Below are positions 29,701 to 37,995 of a stretch of DNA of 64,000 nt, one piece after another (positions within the stretch are counted from its first letter, which is position 1; every line of letters starts with the position of its first letter). The translations under genes and the position numbers were made by a program. The notes under the pieces are model-generated. The model did not search any database. It was not told where the DNA came from and was given only the letters and a program-made list of their open reading frames with translations. The stretch comes from an uncultured Enterobacteriaceae bacterium (GTDB taxonomy: Bacteria; Myxococcota_A; UBA9042). The DNA is taken from NCBI GenBank assembly GCA_964586155.1, contig CAZPHC010000012.1, positions 78,275-142,274 on the forward strand, given 5' to 3'.

Positions 29701-29931
29701 ATGTACGACCCTGCGAAGGGGACGGCCGAGCCGCTGTGGTGTCCGCAGAACGACCGTGATTACATGGGCATCCCGTGTATGCACCCGGGCGCTTGGGGCA
29801 ACAACGGCCTGATGATGGAGCGCGGCATGTGGCTGCATCCGACCGACCCCGAGTACCTGTTCGTGGTCAACGGGCCGATGATCCAACGCGCCCACCTGAT
29901 GAGCGGCACGAGCGAGATCTTCTCGTACTGA
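26731..29931 (+). CDS. Large lipoprotein (1066 aa) with T/D/G-rich linker; C-terminal ~550 aa module paralogous to 48773..50719
   Basis: RBS GAAGGA. Lipobox ALPAC. Tandem TPGDTT repeats. The C-terminal region shares ordered motifs with the paralogue (DCRCH, QFGEGPR, IEVDIATGNRK, C-terminal IFSY/IFSL). Confidence 0.7.
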   Translation: MMNLPTFVDRRVAPLWTTLSLLAVLLALPACGGDETGGDTTTTTQDAADASATDATSADSATAQDGTSGDDASADAATPDDTATPGDTTTPGDTTTPGDTATTGDTTTPDDTTTPDDTGTTGDTATTGDTATTGDTTADGSVDVPPTPPIAELVIDDQVLSKDFDTIYAKVANLPPSYPAPGKLRIHFDDGGGKVGALAGEVAVPFGSPNADLKIVLKEALVGTKALIGSLVEGNGTAFKGQDGQPVVVSFKVTGDTVDPVLTMVSQTLPDNDLQTIAVSFVRIPARFKVGAWLAIYADAGGKIGANLGKEKFLPGDHTGKTVYLTSPLTKGQVLHAVLREASAGSGSWSGGNPVVKDLSGNAIATTFSVDAAPFHPVLEIEDQTLTDPKKLLIKKVVVPPEHFGGWLAIYADDAGKAGALLGKLYFVKGTKENQTLSFTTAQQGDLTMHAVLYAGQKWDDTGVNNVVMQTPNGDPMTMTFKVGAKSLSYIIAKPYTTKDPRHVMITRAYSYDSPAWVVIARDDNGKPGTVLARKKVLPKFAGNVHLDNLYGDFLENGSLQEWLPGKPGTFRRYVKGDETLHVLLYKDEPADNKFTFTEGGSEDQPVLDAGGKQVTAKIDVKVVASIQNVQKDSNRYYFPCPLSQHVDHPTKLPVDCRCHVNIESLDFPECKSDIADGLKMQFGEGPRAKTHNFGGFRSGFAEKASNELIAVMVWKDHKTIWPENQITLDVGVVMGIDMTTRKRRFIGGRYDDPSTGIADLGKGPVLSDPFEVQKGPDGKYYVASYGYVRIEASLVPTVDVIRLDPATGDREYVWRSNHLGFNLDNKPNPYGHCANGRDAKYGYTSVHIGRKGFGIDDKGNFYFSYAHNGNTPTSDGIGIIKVSADGKSCDFVTRHKVGKDNVLYKGVNIGTGYEAQAGPYKGMLVKDGKLYVTAEIPDALIEVDIATGNRKMLHEPGVTSNTNGSSGTHIHWDSHRNLIWQAGLSSMVMMYDPAKGTAEPLWCPQNDRDYMGIPCMHPGAWGNNGLMMERGMWLHPTDPEYLFVVNGPMIQRAHLMSGTSEIFSY
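26971..27140 (+). repeat. Degenerate 18-bp tandem repeats (acgccgggcgacaccacg-like, about 9 copies) encoding a TPGDTT linker
   Basis: Seen directly in the sequence. Confidence 0.8.
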
Positions 29932-29952
29932 CGTGGCCGCGCCGGAGCTCCG

Positions 29953-30864
29953 ATGCACACTTGGCCAACGACCCCCATCGACGTGCAGGCCGTGCGTGAA
30001 CCATCCGAGCTCCAAGCCGAATCGGCGATGAAGGCCGGCGCGGTCTTCGGCGCGCTGCTGCTGCTGCTCTACATCGCCCTCACCTTCGGTCTGCTGTTGC
30101 TCGTCATCGGTGGTGTGGTGCTCGCCCACGCCATCGCCGAGTGGCTGGCCCTGGCCCATCTGCGCGCCAACGGCGTGCGCGTCGGGCCGCACCAATACCC
30201 CGAGCTCGACGCCATGGCCGAGAACTTCTCGGCGCGCATGGGCATCCGGCGGCCCGAGGTCTTCGTCGTCCAGCAGACGCTGTGGAACGCGTTCGCCGCC
30301 CGCATGGTCGGCACCGACATCGTGGTGCTCTACTCCGGCGCCATCGACAGCCTGTTGATGGGCGGCAAGCCCGAAGATCTGGGCTTTTTGCTCGGCCACG
30401 AGCTCGGCCACCACGCCGCCGGCCATCTCAAGCCGGCCCATCGGCTGCTCCGGCTCGCGTTCTTCGTCCCCTTCTTGCCCGCCTGGCACCGTCGCACGAT
30501 GGAGCTCTCCTGCGATCGGCTGGCGCTCGCGGCCTGTGGCGACGCCAGCATCGCCGTGCGCGGCCTGCTGTCGATGACGGTCGGCACGACGATGGCGTCC
30601 AAGACCAGCGTGCCCGCGGCGCTCGAGCAATGGCAGCAGGTGCGGCGGCAGACGGGCGTGTCGCTGCACACGCTCTACAGCTGGTACCCGCACCACCTCT
30701 GGCGCATCGAGAGCATCGTCCGCAGCGCAGACCAATGGGCGCTGCCCGGGCTGCCGGCGCTGCTGCAAGGCCCGCAGGCCGCCACAGCGCTGCCCGCCGA
30801 GTCGCAAGCGCCCGGCTCGAGCATCCCGCCGCCGCCCGTGGCGGTGCCGAGCGCGCTGTCCTAG
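29953..30864 (+). CDS. M48 family zinc metallopeptidase (HtpX-like), membrane-anchored
   Basis: HEXXH as HELGHHAAGH, plus N-terminal TM helices. The start could instead be the internal MKAG ATG. Confidence 0.7.
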   Translation: MHTWPTTPIDVQAVREPSELQAESAMKAGAVFGALLLLLYIALTFGLLLLVIGGVVLAHAIAEWLALAHLRANGVRVGPHQYPELDAMAENFSARMGIRRPEVFVVQQTLWNAFAARMVGTDIVVLYSGAIDSLLMGGKPEDLGFLLGHELGHHAAGHLKPAHRLLRLAFFVPFLPAWHRRTMELSCDRLALAACGDASIAVRGLLSMTVGTTMASKTSVPAALEQWQQVRRQTGVSLHTLYSWYPHHLWRIESIVRSADQWALPGLPALLQGPQAATALPAESQAPGSSIPPPPVAVPSALS

Positions 30865-30870
30865 CGGGCG

Positions 30871-32346
30871 CTACTTCGGCGTGCGCTGGAAGCTGCGCTC
30901 GAACTCGACCTTGCCGGCCGAGTCGATGAACTGGCCCTTGAAGGTGTCGCCCGTGATCTCGACGTAGAGGAAGCCGGATTTGTCGGCGTCCTGGAAGTGG
31001 AACGGGTTGAATTCGAAGCCGCCCTTGCTCTTGGTCTCGACGTTGGTCGTCTTGGCGCCGCCGCCCGAGACGAGCAGCTCGACGTCCTTGCAGAATTTGG
31101 TGCTCGCCGCCTTGTCGAGCCACTGCCGGCCGTGGTCGTGGCCCGAGAGGTGCACGTCGACCCGGCCGCAGAGCAGCTTGTCGTAGGCCTCCTTGACGCC
31201 TTTGCCCGACGCGACCGGGATCAGGCCGCAGAGCTGTGGGATCGGCGCTGCCTTGGCCCCCTCGTAGCAACCAGCGTTGCCGTGCGGGCCGTTGCTACGC
31301 ATCGGGTGGTGGGCGAAGCTGATCTTCCACGGCGCGGTGCTGGCCTTGATCGCCGCGTCGACCTCGGCCAGCTGCTTCTGGATGATGAAGGGCAGCACAT
31401 CGCCGTAGAGCAGCGCGTTGCTGTCGAGCGCGAAGAGGTGGACGTGCTCGACCTGCACGTTCCACCACGCGTCGGGCAGGTGGAACTTGGGGTTCTTCTT
31501 GCTGTACTTGACGTAGAAGTCCTTCTTGAGGAACTCGGCGCCCGCGCCGCCGGCGCCGTAGTCGTGGTTGCCGAGCACGACGTAGAACGGCGCGTCGACG
31601 GTCTCGTACGGCTTCTCGAACTTCTCGGCGAACTGCTTGTCGTTCTCGTCCTTGACGCCGGTGTCGTAGAAGTTGTCGCCGAGGTAGAGCACGAAGTCGC
31701 AGCCGTCCTGCTTGCACTTCTCGCCCAGGGCCTTGCCGACGGCGTATTGCTCGGCGCTGCCGGTGCCGGCGTCGCCGAGCGCGGCGAAGCGCACCACCTT
31801 GGGCGCGGGCGCGGCGTCGACCGCGGCCGTGTCCCCGGCGGCTGCCGTGTCGGCGCTCGCGCTGTCGGCGACGGTCGAGTCGGCGCCCACGCTGTCGGCG
31901 CTCCCCGTGTCGGCGCTCCCCGTGTCGGCGCTCCCCGTGTCGGCGCTCCCCGTGTCGGCGCTCCCCGTGTCAGGCGCGCTGCCGCTGTCGGCGGCGTCAT
32001 CGCCGACCAGGGCGGCACCGTCCTGCGCCTCGGCGCTGTCACCGACCGCAGCGGCGGCCGTGTCCTCGACCTTGCCGGTGTCCTCGGCCACGCCGGTGCT
32101 GGCGTCAGGCTCTGCTGTGCCTGCCTGGACGTCCTGGGCGGCCTGACCGCCGTCGTGGGCCGCCGCGTCGGCCGCGGCCGCCACGTCGAGCGTCTGCGTC
32201 GCCCCGCCCTGGCCGCCTGCGCCGGCGTTGGCGTTGGCCCCCGTGTCGCCGGCACCGTCGTTGCCGCAGGCCGCGAGCGCGACGCCCATGCCCACCAACG
32301 CCACCAGGGACCGAACCCCGCGCACACCCACCATCGTTGACCGCAT
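30871..32346 (-). CDS. Calcineurin-like metallophosphoesterase lipoprotein with DTGSA x5 linker
   Basis: GGGAG RBS. Lipobox LAAC. Motifs GDAGTG, GDNFYD, GNHDY, GHDH. In-frame 15-bp x5 repeat. Confidence 0.8.
   Translation of the reverse strand: MRSTMVGVRGVRSLVALVGMGVALAACGNDGAGDTGANANAGAGGQGGATQTLDVAAAADAAAHDGGQAAQDVQAGTAEPDASTGVAEDTGKVEDTAAAAVGDSAEAQDGAALVGDDAADSGSAPDTGSADTGSADTGSADTGSADTGSADSVGADSTVADSASADTAAAGDTAAVDAAPAPKVVRFAALGDAGTGSAEQYAVGKALGEKCKQDGCDFVLYLGDNFYDTGVKDENDKQFAEKFEKPYETVDAPFYVVLGNHDYGAGGAGAEFLKKDFYVKYSKKNPKFHLPDAWWNVQVEHVHLFALDSNALLYGDVLPFIIQKQLAEVDAAIKASTAPWKISFAHHPMRSNGPHGNAGCYEGAKAAPIPQLCGLIPVASGKGVKEAYDKLLCGRVDVHLSGHDHGRQWLDKAASTKFCKDVELLVSGGGAKTTNVETKSKGGFEFNPFHFQDADKSGFLYVEITGDTFKGQFIDSAGKVEFERSFQRTPK
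31891..31975 (-). repeat. 15-bp x5 tandem repeat (plus strand gtgtcggcgctcccc) encoding (DTGSA)5 in the phosphoesterase linker
   Basis: Seen directly in the sequence. Confidence 0.9.
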
Positions 32347-32552
32347 CGGTGCTCCCGCTCGCGTCGGTCGGAGCCGTCCGAACCGTGGCGCGAGGCGCGG
32401 AACCTTAGCCTCCCAGCGGCGCGAGCGGCAAGGAAAAATCGGCGCGCGACGCCACGAAGGGGCCGGCGCGGACCGCGGATTGACCAGATCTGCGCGCTTG
32501 TCGATCCTGGCGCTCGGCCCGGCACGACGCGTCGGCCCCGGGAGGCGAGCCC

Positions 32553-33854
32553 ATGGAACGAGTCGAACTGCGCGGCGCCAGCGCCATCCTCGACGGCAGC
32601 GGCCCGGAGCGCGGCCCGATCGGCGTCTGGTCCGAGCTTGGCTTGCGCCGCCACCAAGCGCTCGTGGTCGAGGTGCCGCCGGCGCACGGCGCGGACTGGC
32701 CGCACGGACCGTGGCCGCGCATCCTCTGGATCGGCGAAGCCGGCGATCCCGGCAAGCCGGCGACCGACCGCAGCGTCGACCTGGACGGCCGCCTGCTCAC
32801 GCCGGGACTCGTCGACGCCCATACCCACGCCGTCTTCGCCGGCGACCGCAGCCACGAGCTGATGCGTCGCCTCGCGGGCGACACCTACCAGCAGATCGCG
32901 GCTGCCGGCGGCGGCATCCTGCACACCGTGGCAGCCACGCGCGCCGCCAGCGTCGATCAGCTGCACGCGGGGCTGCGGCGACGCCTCGACGAGATGGCGC
33001 GCTGGGGCACCCGGATCGTCGAGGTCAAGACCGGCTACGGGCTCGACTTGCAGAGCGAGCAACGCTGCCTGGACGCGATCGTCGCTGCCGGGACGGCGCT
33101 CGCCGGCTCGATGCAGCTCGTCGCCACCGCCATGCCGGCGCACGCGCTGCCGCTGGAGTTCCAGGGCGACGGCGACGCCTACGTCCACGCCATCTGCGAC
33201 ACGATCTTGCCGGCGATGGCGGCGCATCCGGCGCAGCCGCGCTTTGTCGACGTCTTCGTCGAGGCCGGCTACTTCGACGTCGCCCAGGCCGAGCGCATCT
33301 GGCAGGCGGCCCAGGACCTCGGCGTCGAGCGCGGCGCCTGGCTGGGGCTCAAGGCCCACGTCGACGAGTTCGAGCAGATCGGCGGCCTGCGCTGGGCGCT
33401 GGCCGCCGGCGCGACCAGCGTCGAGCACCTGCTCGTCAGCGACGCCGACGATCTCGCCGCGCTCTGCGCCAGCGAGACGGTCGCGGTGGCCCTGCCGCTG
33501 GTCTCGGTCTTCCTTGGCCAGCCCTACGCCGCCATGCGCACGATCGTCGACGGCGGCGGCCTGCTCGCGATCGCGACCGACTGCAACCCGGGCTCGTCGA
33601 TGTCGAGCAACCTGATGTTGGCTGCCCAGATGGGCGTGTTCGGCGGCAAGCTGACGCCGGCCGAGGCGCTGCGGGCCATCACCCGCGGCGGCGCGCGCGC
33701 GCTGGGCTGCCCGGACGGTTACGACGGCACGTTGCAGGTCGGCGGCCCGTTCTGCGCCAGCGCGTTCGAGGTCGAGGGGCCGGACGCGCTGTTCTACGAG
33801 CTGGGCGCGCCGCCGCGGGCGTGGCTGGGGCTCGACGCGGCGCTGCGGGGGTAG
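32553..33854 (+). CDS. hutI: Imidazolonepropionase-like amidohydrolase
   Basis: 433 aa. GLVDAHTH metal-binding motif, KAHVDEF, ATDCNPGSS. RBS GGGAGG. No hutH or hutU genes in the window. Confidence 0.75.
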   Translation: MERVELRGASAILDGSGPERGPIGVWSELGLRRHQALVVEVPPAHGADWPHGPWPRILWIGEAGDPGKPATDRSVDLDGRLLTPGLVDAHTHAVFAGDRSHELMRRLAGDTYQQIAAAGGGILHTVAATRAASVDQLHAGLRRRLDEMARWGTRIVEVKTGYGLDLQSEQRCLDAIVAAGTALAGSMQLVATAMPAHALPLEFQGDGDAYVHAICDTILPAMAAHPAQPRFVDVFVEAGYFDVAQAERIWQAAQDLGVERGAWLGLKAHVDEFEQIGGLRWALAAGATSVEHLLVSDADDLAALCASETVAVALPLVSVFLGQPYAAMRTIVDGGGLLAIATDCNPGSSMSSNLMLAAQMGVFGGKLTPAEALRAITRGGARALGCPDGYDGTLQVGGPFCASAFEVEGPDALFYELGAPPRAWLGLDAALRG

Positions 33855-33911
33855 CCGGCCGCGCGGCGCACGCAAGGATCGCGGCGCCGCGCAGCCCAGG
33901 CAGAGGCGAGC

Positions 33912-35774
33912 CTACGGGATCGCCGGGGCGAGCTTCTTGGTGGTGCCGCCCTTGACCGTCAGCCAGCCGGCGCGCTCGCCGCCGTACCACGAGCCCGTCG
34001 CGGCGCCGGTCACCGGAACCTTGATCGTGGTCGGGCTGTAGATCTTGATCTGGCCGTTCTGGGTGTAGGCCTGGACCTGGGCGGCGGCGGCGGCGTCCTG
34101 GTTGGCCTGCCAGGCCATCTGGTCCAGCAGCAGGGTGGAGCTCTCGGCGAAGACGGGCTGCAGCAGCGGCACGGTGAAGTACGCGGCGTAGCGGGCGATC
34201 ACCTCGTCGAGGACCGGGTACAGCGTGCCGTCCTCGGCCAGGTTCGACTGGTGGAAGTAGTGCGGCCGCGGGTCGTTGGTCAGCAGGTGGCGCAGCATGA
34301 TCGTGGCCTCGCTGTCGACGTACTCGGCGTAGGTGGCCATCGTGCTGCGGCAGGTGTGGGTCGCCGTGTTGACGCAGTTCTCGAAGTAGATCCAGTTGTA
34401 CTCGTCGAGCTGCTCGGCCAGGGTGCCGACGTTGTAGTAGACGTTGGCCGGGTGGCGCGGGATGGTCATCGCCGGGCCGATGGCGTAGGGCGTCGGCTCG
34501 CGCGAGTTGTCGGCGCCGATCCAGCGGATGCCGGCCTGCGACAGCGCCGCGGGCATCGCCGGGTTCTTCAGGCCCGAGTGCTCACCGGTGACGAGCTCAC
34601 GGGCGTTGATCGGGATGCCGACCTTCTTGGCCCACGACACGTTCTTCTTGATCTGCGCGACGATCTCGGCCTGCGTCATCGTGTCGAGGTTCGGGTGCTC
34701 GTAGGTGTGGTTGATCCAGCGGAAGTCCGACTTGGCCTGCAGCAGGCGCGTGGTCAGCGGGTCGCTGCCGTCGATCGCGATGGCCTCGACGCTGCCGCCA
34801 CCGTTGAAGACCATGTCGAGCACCAGGCCGGTGGCGTTCTGCCAGGCGATGGCGCGGTCGACGTCCGAAGGCACCATGCGCACGGTCGGGTACGGCGAGT
34901 CCGGGTGGGCGGTGAAGTAGGTCTCCGGGTCCTCGTAGGTGACGTTGTCCTCCATGTTCCAGACGTCGTCGGGCAGGAAGACGTCGTCGATGTGGGCCAT
35001 GAAGTAGTTGCGGTTGTAGCCGAGGTGGATGCCCTTGGTCGCCCACTCGATCATGCCGTGCGCCAGCAGCATCGAGTGCACCTGATGCGGGTTGGTGTCG
35101 AGCGTGACGACGAGCTCCTCGATGCCATCGTCGCGGGTGTGGACGCCGACCAGCGACGACGGCAGGCCGTTCGGAGCGTCAGGGCCCTGGACCAGGATCT
35201 CGAAGTTGGTGTCCGGCAACGGCGAGGCGAGGTAGGTCCAGCTGCCGACGTCGATCGGGACCGGGCCCGCGAGCGTGGTGAACACGGCCTTGCCGGCCTC
35301 GGTGACCTGCGTGGTCGTGCCCGTGGCGTCGCCGGCGAAGAAGGGCCACTCGAGGCCGTAGTCCGGCGTCGGGTAGGTGTAGGCGACGACGCGGCGGATG
35401 CCGTAGCGCACCTGGTAGGCGTCCAGGGCCTCCCACTCCGGGGCGGCGAGCGCCGAGATGCAGCCGGCGGTGCAGTCGAGCAGGCCACCGGTGGCGAAGA
35501 CGACCGCCTGGTAGCGGGCGTGGCCCTCGCCGTTGGTCAGCGTCTCGGCGGTGATCGGCTCGGCGTCGTTGGCGATGATGACGTCGAAGGGCACGCCCTC
35601 GCGCTTGAGCGCGGCGGTCCAGGCCTCGAGCGAGGCCTCCCAGCCGGTGGCGCCGAGCACGAGAACGCGCAGGTCCACGCGATCGTTGGGCTCCACGGCC
35701 CAACCAGCCACGGAGAACAGCGTCAGCGCGACCGCCAACAAGCCGCCGGTCATTCGTCCCATCCAGCCTCGCAT
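33912..35774 (-). CDS. Secreted hypothetical protein (about 620 aa)
   Basis: ATG (MRGWMGRMTGGLLAVALTLFSVAGWA) with GGAGG 5 nt upstream. Signal peptide present. No family recognised. Expressed from the AT-rich promoter island. Confidence 0.6.
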   Translation of the reverse strand: MRGWMGRMTGGLLAVALTLFSVAGWAVEPNDRVDLRVLVLGATGWEASLEAWTAALKREGVPFDVIIANDAEPITAETLTNGEGHARYQAVVFATGGLLDCTAGCISALAAPEWEALDAYQVRYGIRRVVAYTYPTPDYGLEWPFFAGDATGTTTQVTEAGKAVFTTLAGPVPIDVGSWTYLASPLPDTNFEILVQGPDAPNGLPSSLVGVHTRDDGIEELVVTLDTNPHQVHSMLLAHGMIEWATKGIHLGYNRNYFMAHIDDVFLPDDVWNMEDNVTYEDPETYFTAHPDSPYPTVRMVPSDVDRAIAWQNATGLVLDMVFNGGGSVEAIAIDGSDPLTTRLLQAKSDFRWINHTYEHPNLDTMTQAEIVAQIKKNVSWAKKVGIPINARELVTGEHSGLKNPAMPAALSQAGIRWIGADNSREPTPYAIGPAMTIPRHPANVYYNVGTLAEQLDEYNWIYFENCVNTATHTCRSTMATYAEYVDSEATIMLRHLLTNDPRPHYFHQSNLAEDGTLYPVLDEVIARYAAYFTVPLLQPVFAESSTLLLDQMAWQANQDAAAAAQVQAYTQNGQIKIYSPTTIKVPVTGAATGSWYGGERAGWLTVKGGTTKKLAPAIP

Positions 35775-35823
35775 GACAACCTCCACGTGCAGCAACGCAC
35801 CACTCGACCCGTCACTCCCCGAA

Positions 35824-35852
35824 CATAAGTGCGGCGCCTAGCAATCGTCAAG
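35824..35852 (-). promoter_or_regulatory. Candidate sigma70-type promoter: -35 TTGACG, 17-bp spacer, -10 TTATGT, with an upstream A/T tract
   Basis: Read on the minus strand as TTGACG-attgctaggcgccgcac-TTATGT, about 50 nt upstream of the RBS and ATG of gene 33912..35774. It lies in a 267-bp island of about 50% GC in a ~70% GC genome. Confidence 0.45.
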
Positions 35853-35936
35853 TCCTTTTATGAAATCAAGAACCTTAGGCTATCGAACGATCCCGTATGA
35901 TGTCAGAACCGCGATCGCCGAGATCGGCGGATCTAC

Positions 35937-35962
35937 GCAAAAAATCGGAATCGCTTCCCCGG
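35937..35962 (-). terminator. Candidate intrinsic terminator: short hairpin (GGAA-GCGA-UUCC, GNRA loop) followed by a U6 tract
   Basis: Minus-strand RNA reads ...CGGGGAAGCGAUUCCGAUUUUUUGCG, about 100 nt downstream of the stop of gene 36063..37073. The stem is short (4-7 bp), so confidence is limited. Confidence 0.3.
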
Positions 35963-36062
35963 GCGAACCAAGATCAGGGGCCGAAAAATTCACATTTTTG
36001 GGGTGCGTTTCAGGGGGATCGGGGCAGTTTCGCCCACGATCGCGACGCCCGGCGAGCCGCGA

Positions 36063-37073
36063 TCAGCGCGACCAACGCAGCAGCGTGCCCAGCATCGGCC
36101 CCGGCCAGGCCTGCAGGTTGCCGCCGCCGGCCAGGGCGTCGCCGTTCGGCAGGCGCAGCACGAAGTGCAACACGTCGCTCGTGAGCAGATCGTCGAGCTC
36201 GACGCTGGTGCCCTTGGCGAGATCGACCTCCTCGATCCAGCCGTAGGCGCCAGCGACGATCGCCTTGCCGTCAAAGACGTCGACGCCCGAGAGGCCGACC
36301 ATCGTCTCGCGCACCAGGGTCCAGGTGCCGTCGGCCTGGCGGATGCGCACGAACCCCGAGGCCGTACCGCCGACCACGACGAAGCGGTCACTGCCCAGCG
36401 TGCGCACCGTCACGAGGTTCTCGCCGGTGCCGGTCGCCTCGGCCGTCCAGGCCTTGCCGTCGAAGTGCAGGGCGACGCCGACGTCGCCGACCACCAGGAT
36501 GTCGCTGGGGCCGTGGGCGTCGATCTTGAACAGCTGCACCTGCTGCCGCTCCTTGGGCAGCTCGGGCAGCGTCACCTGGCTCCAGCCACCGGCGGCGCGC
36601 CGCAGCAACACGGGCGCGTAGGTGTCCTTGGCGGTCTCGTCGGCGCCGACGGCCCAGGCGTCGTCCTTGCCAAAGGCGAGGCAGCCCCAAAGCTTGTCGC
36701 CTGCAGGCAGGGCCTCGGCTGTCCACGCGCCGCTGGCGTCGCGCCAAAGTGCCCGCCTGCCGTTGCCGACGACCAGGGTGGTGCCGTCGGCGGCGACCGA
36801 CGCCCACGACAGCAGCTCGCCGGTGGGCACGGGCTCGGCGACGAGCTTGCCCTCGACGAAGCGGAAGGCGGCGCCGCCATCGGATTGGCCGCCGACGACC
36901 AGCGGCGTTCCGTCGGGCAGCAGCGCTGCTGCCATCAGCACACCAGCCTCGACGCCCTCCTGGGCGATCGACCAGGTCCGCGGCGTCGGCTTGGCCTCGG
37001 GCTCGGGCGAGCAGGCGGTGCCGAGCAGGGCGGCGAAGCTGAGGGCGGTGGCGACGAACAGGCGCTGAAGCAC
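36063..37073 (-). CDS. Beta-propeller lipoprotein with W-x-VG(G) blade repeats; paralogue of 10651..11823
   Basis: GTG start preceded by GGAGG at a 5-nt spacing. This gives a lipoprotein signal (MLQRLFVATALSFAALLGTAC). Repeated blades with LWGC, AWAVGA, ILVVGDVG, FVVVGGT. The listed ORF starts further upstream at 37190. Confidence 0.65.
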   Translation of the reverse strand: MLQRLFVATALSFAALLGTACSPEPEAKPTPRTWSIAQEGVEAGVLMAAALLPDGTPLVVGGQSDGGAAFRFVEGKLVAEPVPTGELLSWASVAADGTTLVVGNGRRALWRDASGAWTAEALPAGDKLWGCLAFGKDDAWAVGADETAKDTYAPVLLRRAAGGWSQVTLPELPKERQQVQLFKIDAHGPSDILVVGDVGVALHFDGKAWTAEATGTGENLVTVRTLGSDRFVVVGGTASGFVRIRQADGTWTLVRETMVGLSGVDVFDGKAIVAGAYGWIEEVDLAKGTSVELDDLLTSDVLHFVLRLPNGDALAGGGNLQAWPGPMLGTLLRWSR

Positions 37074-37304
37074 GGCGACCTCCGGGCCCGGCGGCGACGC
37101 CGGGGCTCGTGCCAACCTAGCGAGCGCCCACGGTGGCGACAACCCCGCCGCGACGCGGGCCGGAGCGCCGACGCGCCCGATCGCTGGCACACCGGGGCGT
37201 TGGCCTCGCCGGGCTTGCGTTGTCGCCGTCGGTGGGGCAGAGATCGGGCGAAGGTTTCATCTGAACCATCGCCCGACCACCCCACCCGGAACCGGAGACT
37301 CATC

Positions 37305-37943
37305 ATGGCGCTTCGACTCGGCGACATCGCCCCCAACTTCCAGGCCCCGACCACCCACGGCGACATCGACTTCCACAGCTGGCTCGGCAGCAGCTGGGGC
37401 ATCCTGTTCTCGCATCCGGCCGATTTCACGCCGGTCTGCACGACCGAGCTCGGCACCGTGGCCAAGCTCAAGCCGGAGTTCGACAAGCGCAACGTCAAGC
37501 CGATCGCGCTCTCGGTCGATCCGGTCGACTCGCACAACCGCTGGATCAGCGACATCGAGGACACGCAGAGCACGACGATGAACTTCCCGATCATCGCCGA
37601 CGCCGACCGCAAGGTCAGCGACCTCTACGACATGATCCACCCCAACGCCAACAGCACGCTGACGGTGCGCTCGGTCTTCATCATCGACCCGGACAAGAAG
37701 ATCCGCCTGACGCTGACCTACCCGGCCTCGACCGGCCGCAACTTCGATGAGCTGCTGCGCGTCATCGACTCGCTGCAGCTGACCGACCACCACAAGGTCG
37801 CGACGCCGGCCAACTGGAAGGACGGCGACGCCTGCGTGATCGTGCCGTCGCTGCAAGATCCGGCCGAGCTGGCCCAGCGCTTCCCCAAGGGGTTCGAGGT
37901 CATCCGCCCGTACCTGCGCATGACGCCGCAGCCCAACCGCTAG
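37305..37943 (+). CDS. 1-Cys peroxiredoxin (Prx6 subfamily)
   Basis: 212 aa. Peroxidatic Cys motif FTPVCTTE. Prx6-like C-terminal region. RBS GGAGA. Confidence 0.85.
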   Translation: MALRLGDIAPNFQAPTTHGDIDFHSWLGSSWGILFSHPADFTPVCTTELGTVAKLKPEFDKRNVKPIALSVDPVDSHNRWISDIEDTQSTTMNFPIIADADRKVSDLYDMIHPNANSTLTVRSVFIIDPDKKIRLTLTYPASTGRNFDELLRVIDSLQLTDHHKVATPANWKDGDACVIVPSLQDPAELAQRFPKGFEVIRPYLRMTPQPNR

Positions 37944-37995
37944 GGACGCGGTCGATGATCCGCTGCGGGCGGATCGTTGGCGCGGCCCTGGAGGG

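Noticed and set aside
32553-33854. Calling a histidine-utilisation (hut) operon.
   Set aside because: Only the HutI-like amidohydrolase is present. No hutH, hutU or hutG genes are adjacent, so it may be a HutI paralogue with another substrate.
35940-36000. The sequence ggttcgcc and neighbouring tracts in the AT-rich island, considered as a possible tRNA T-arm.
   Set aside because: There is no acceptor stem or anticodon arm, and GGTTCGCC lacks the GGTTCGAAT/GTTCGANTC consensus.
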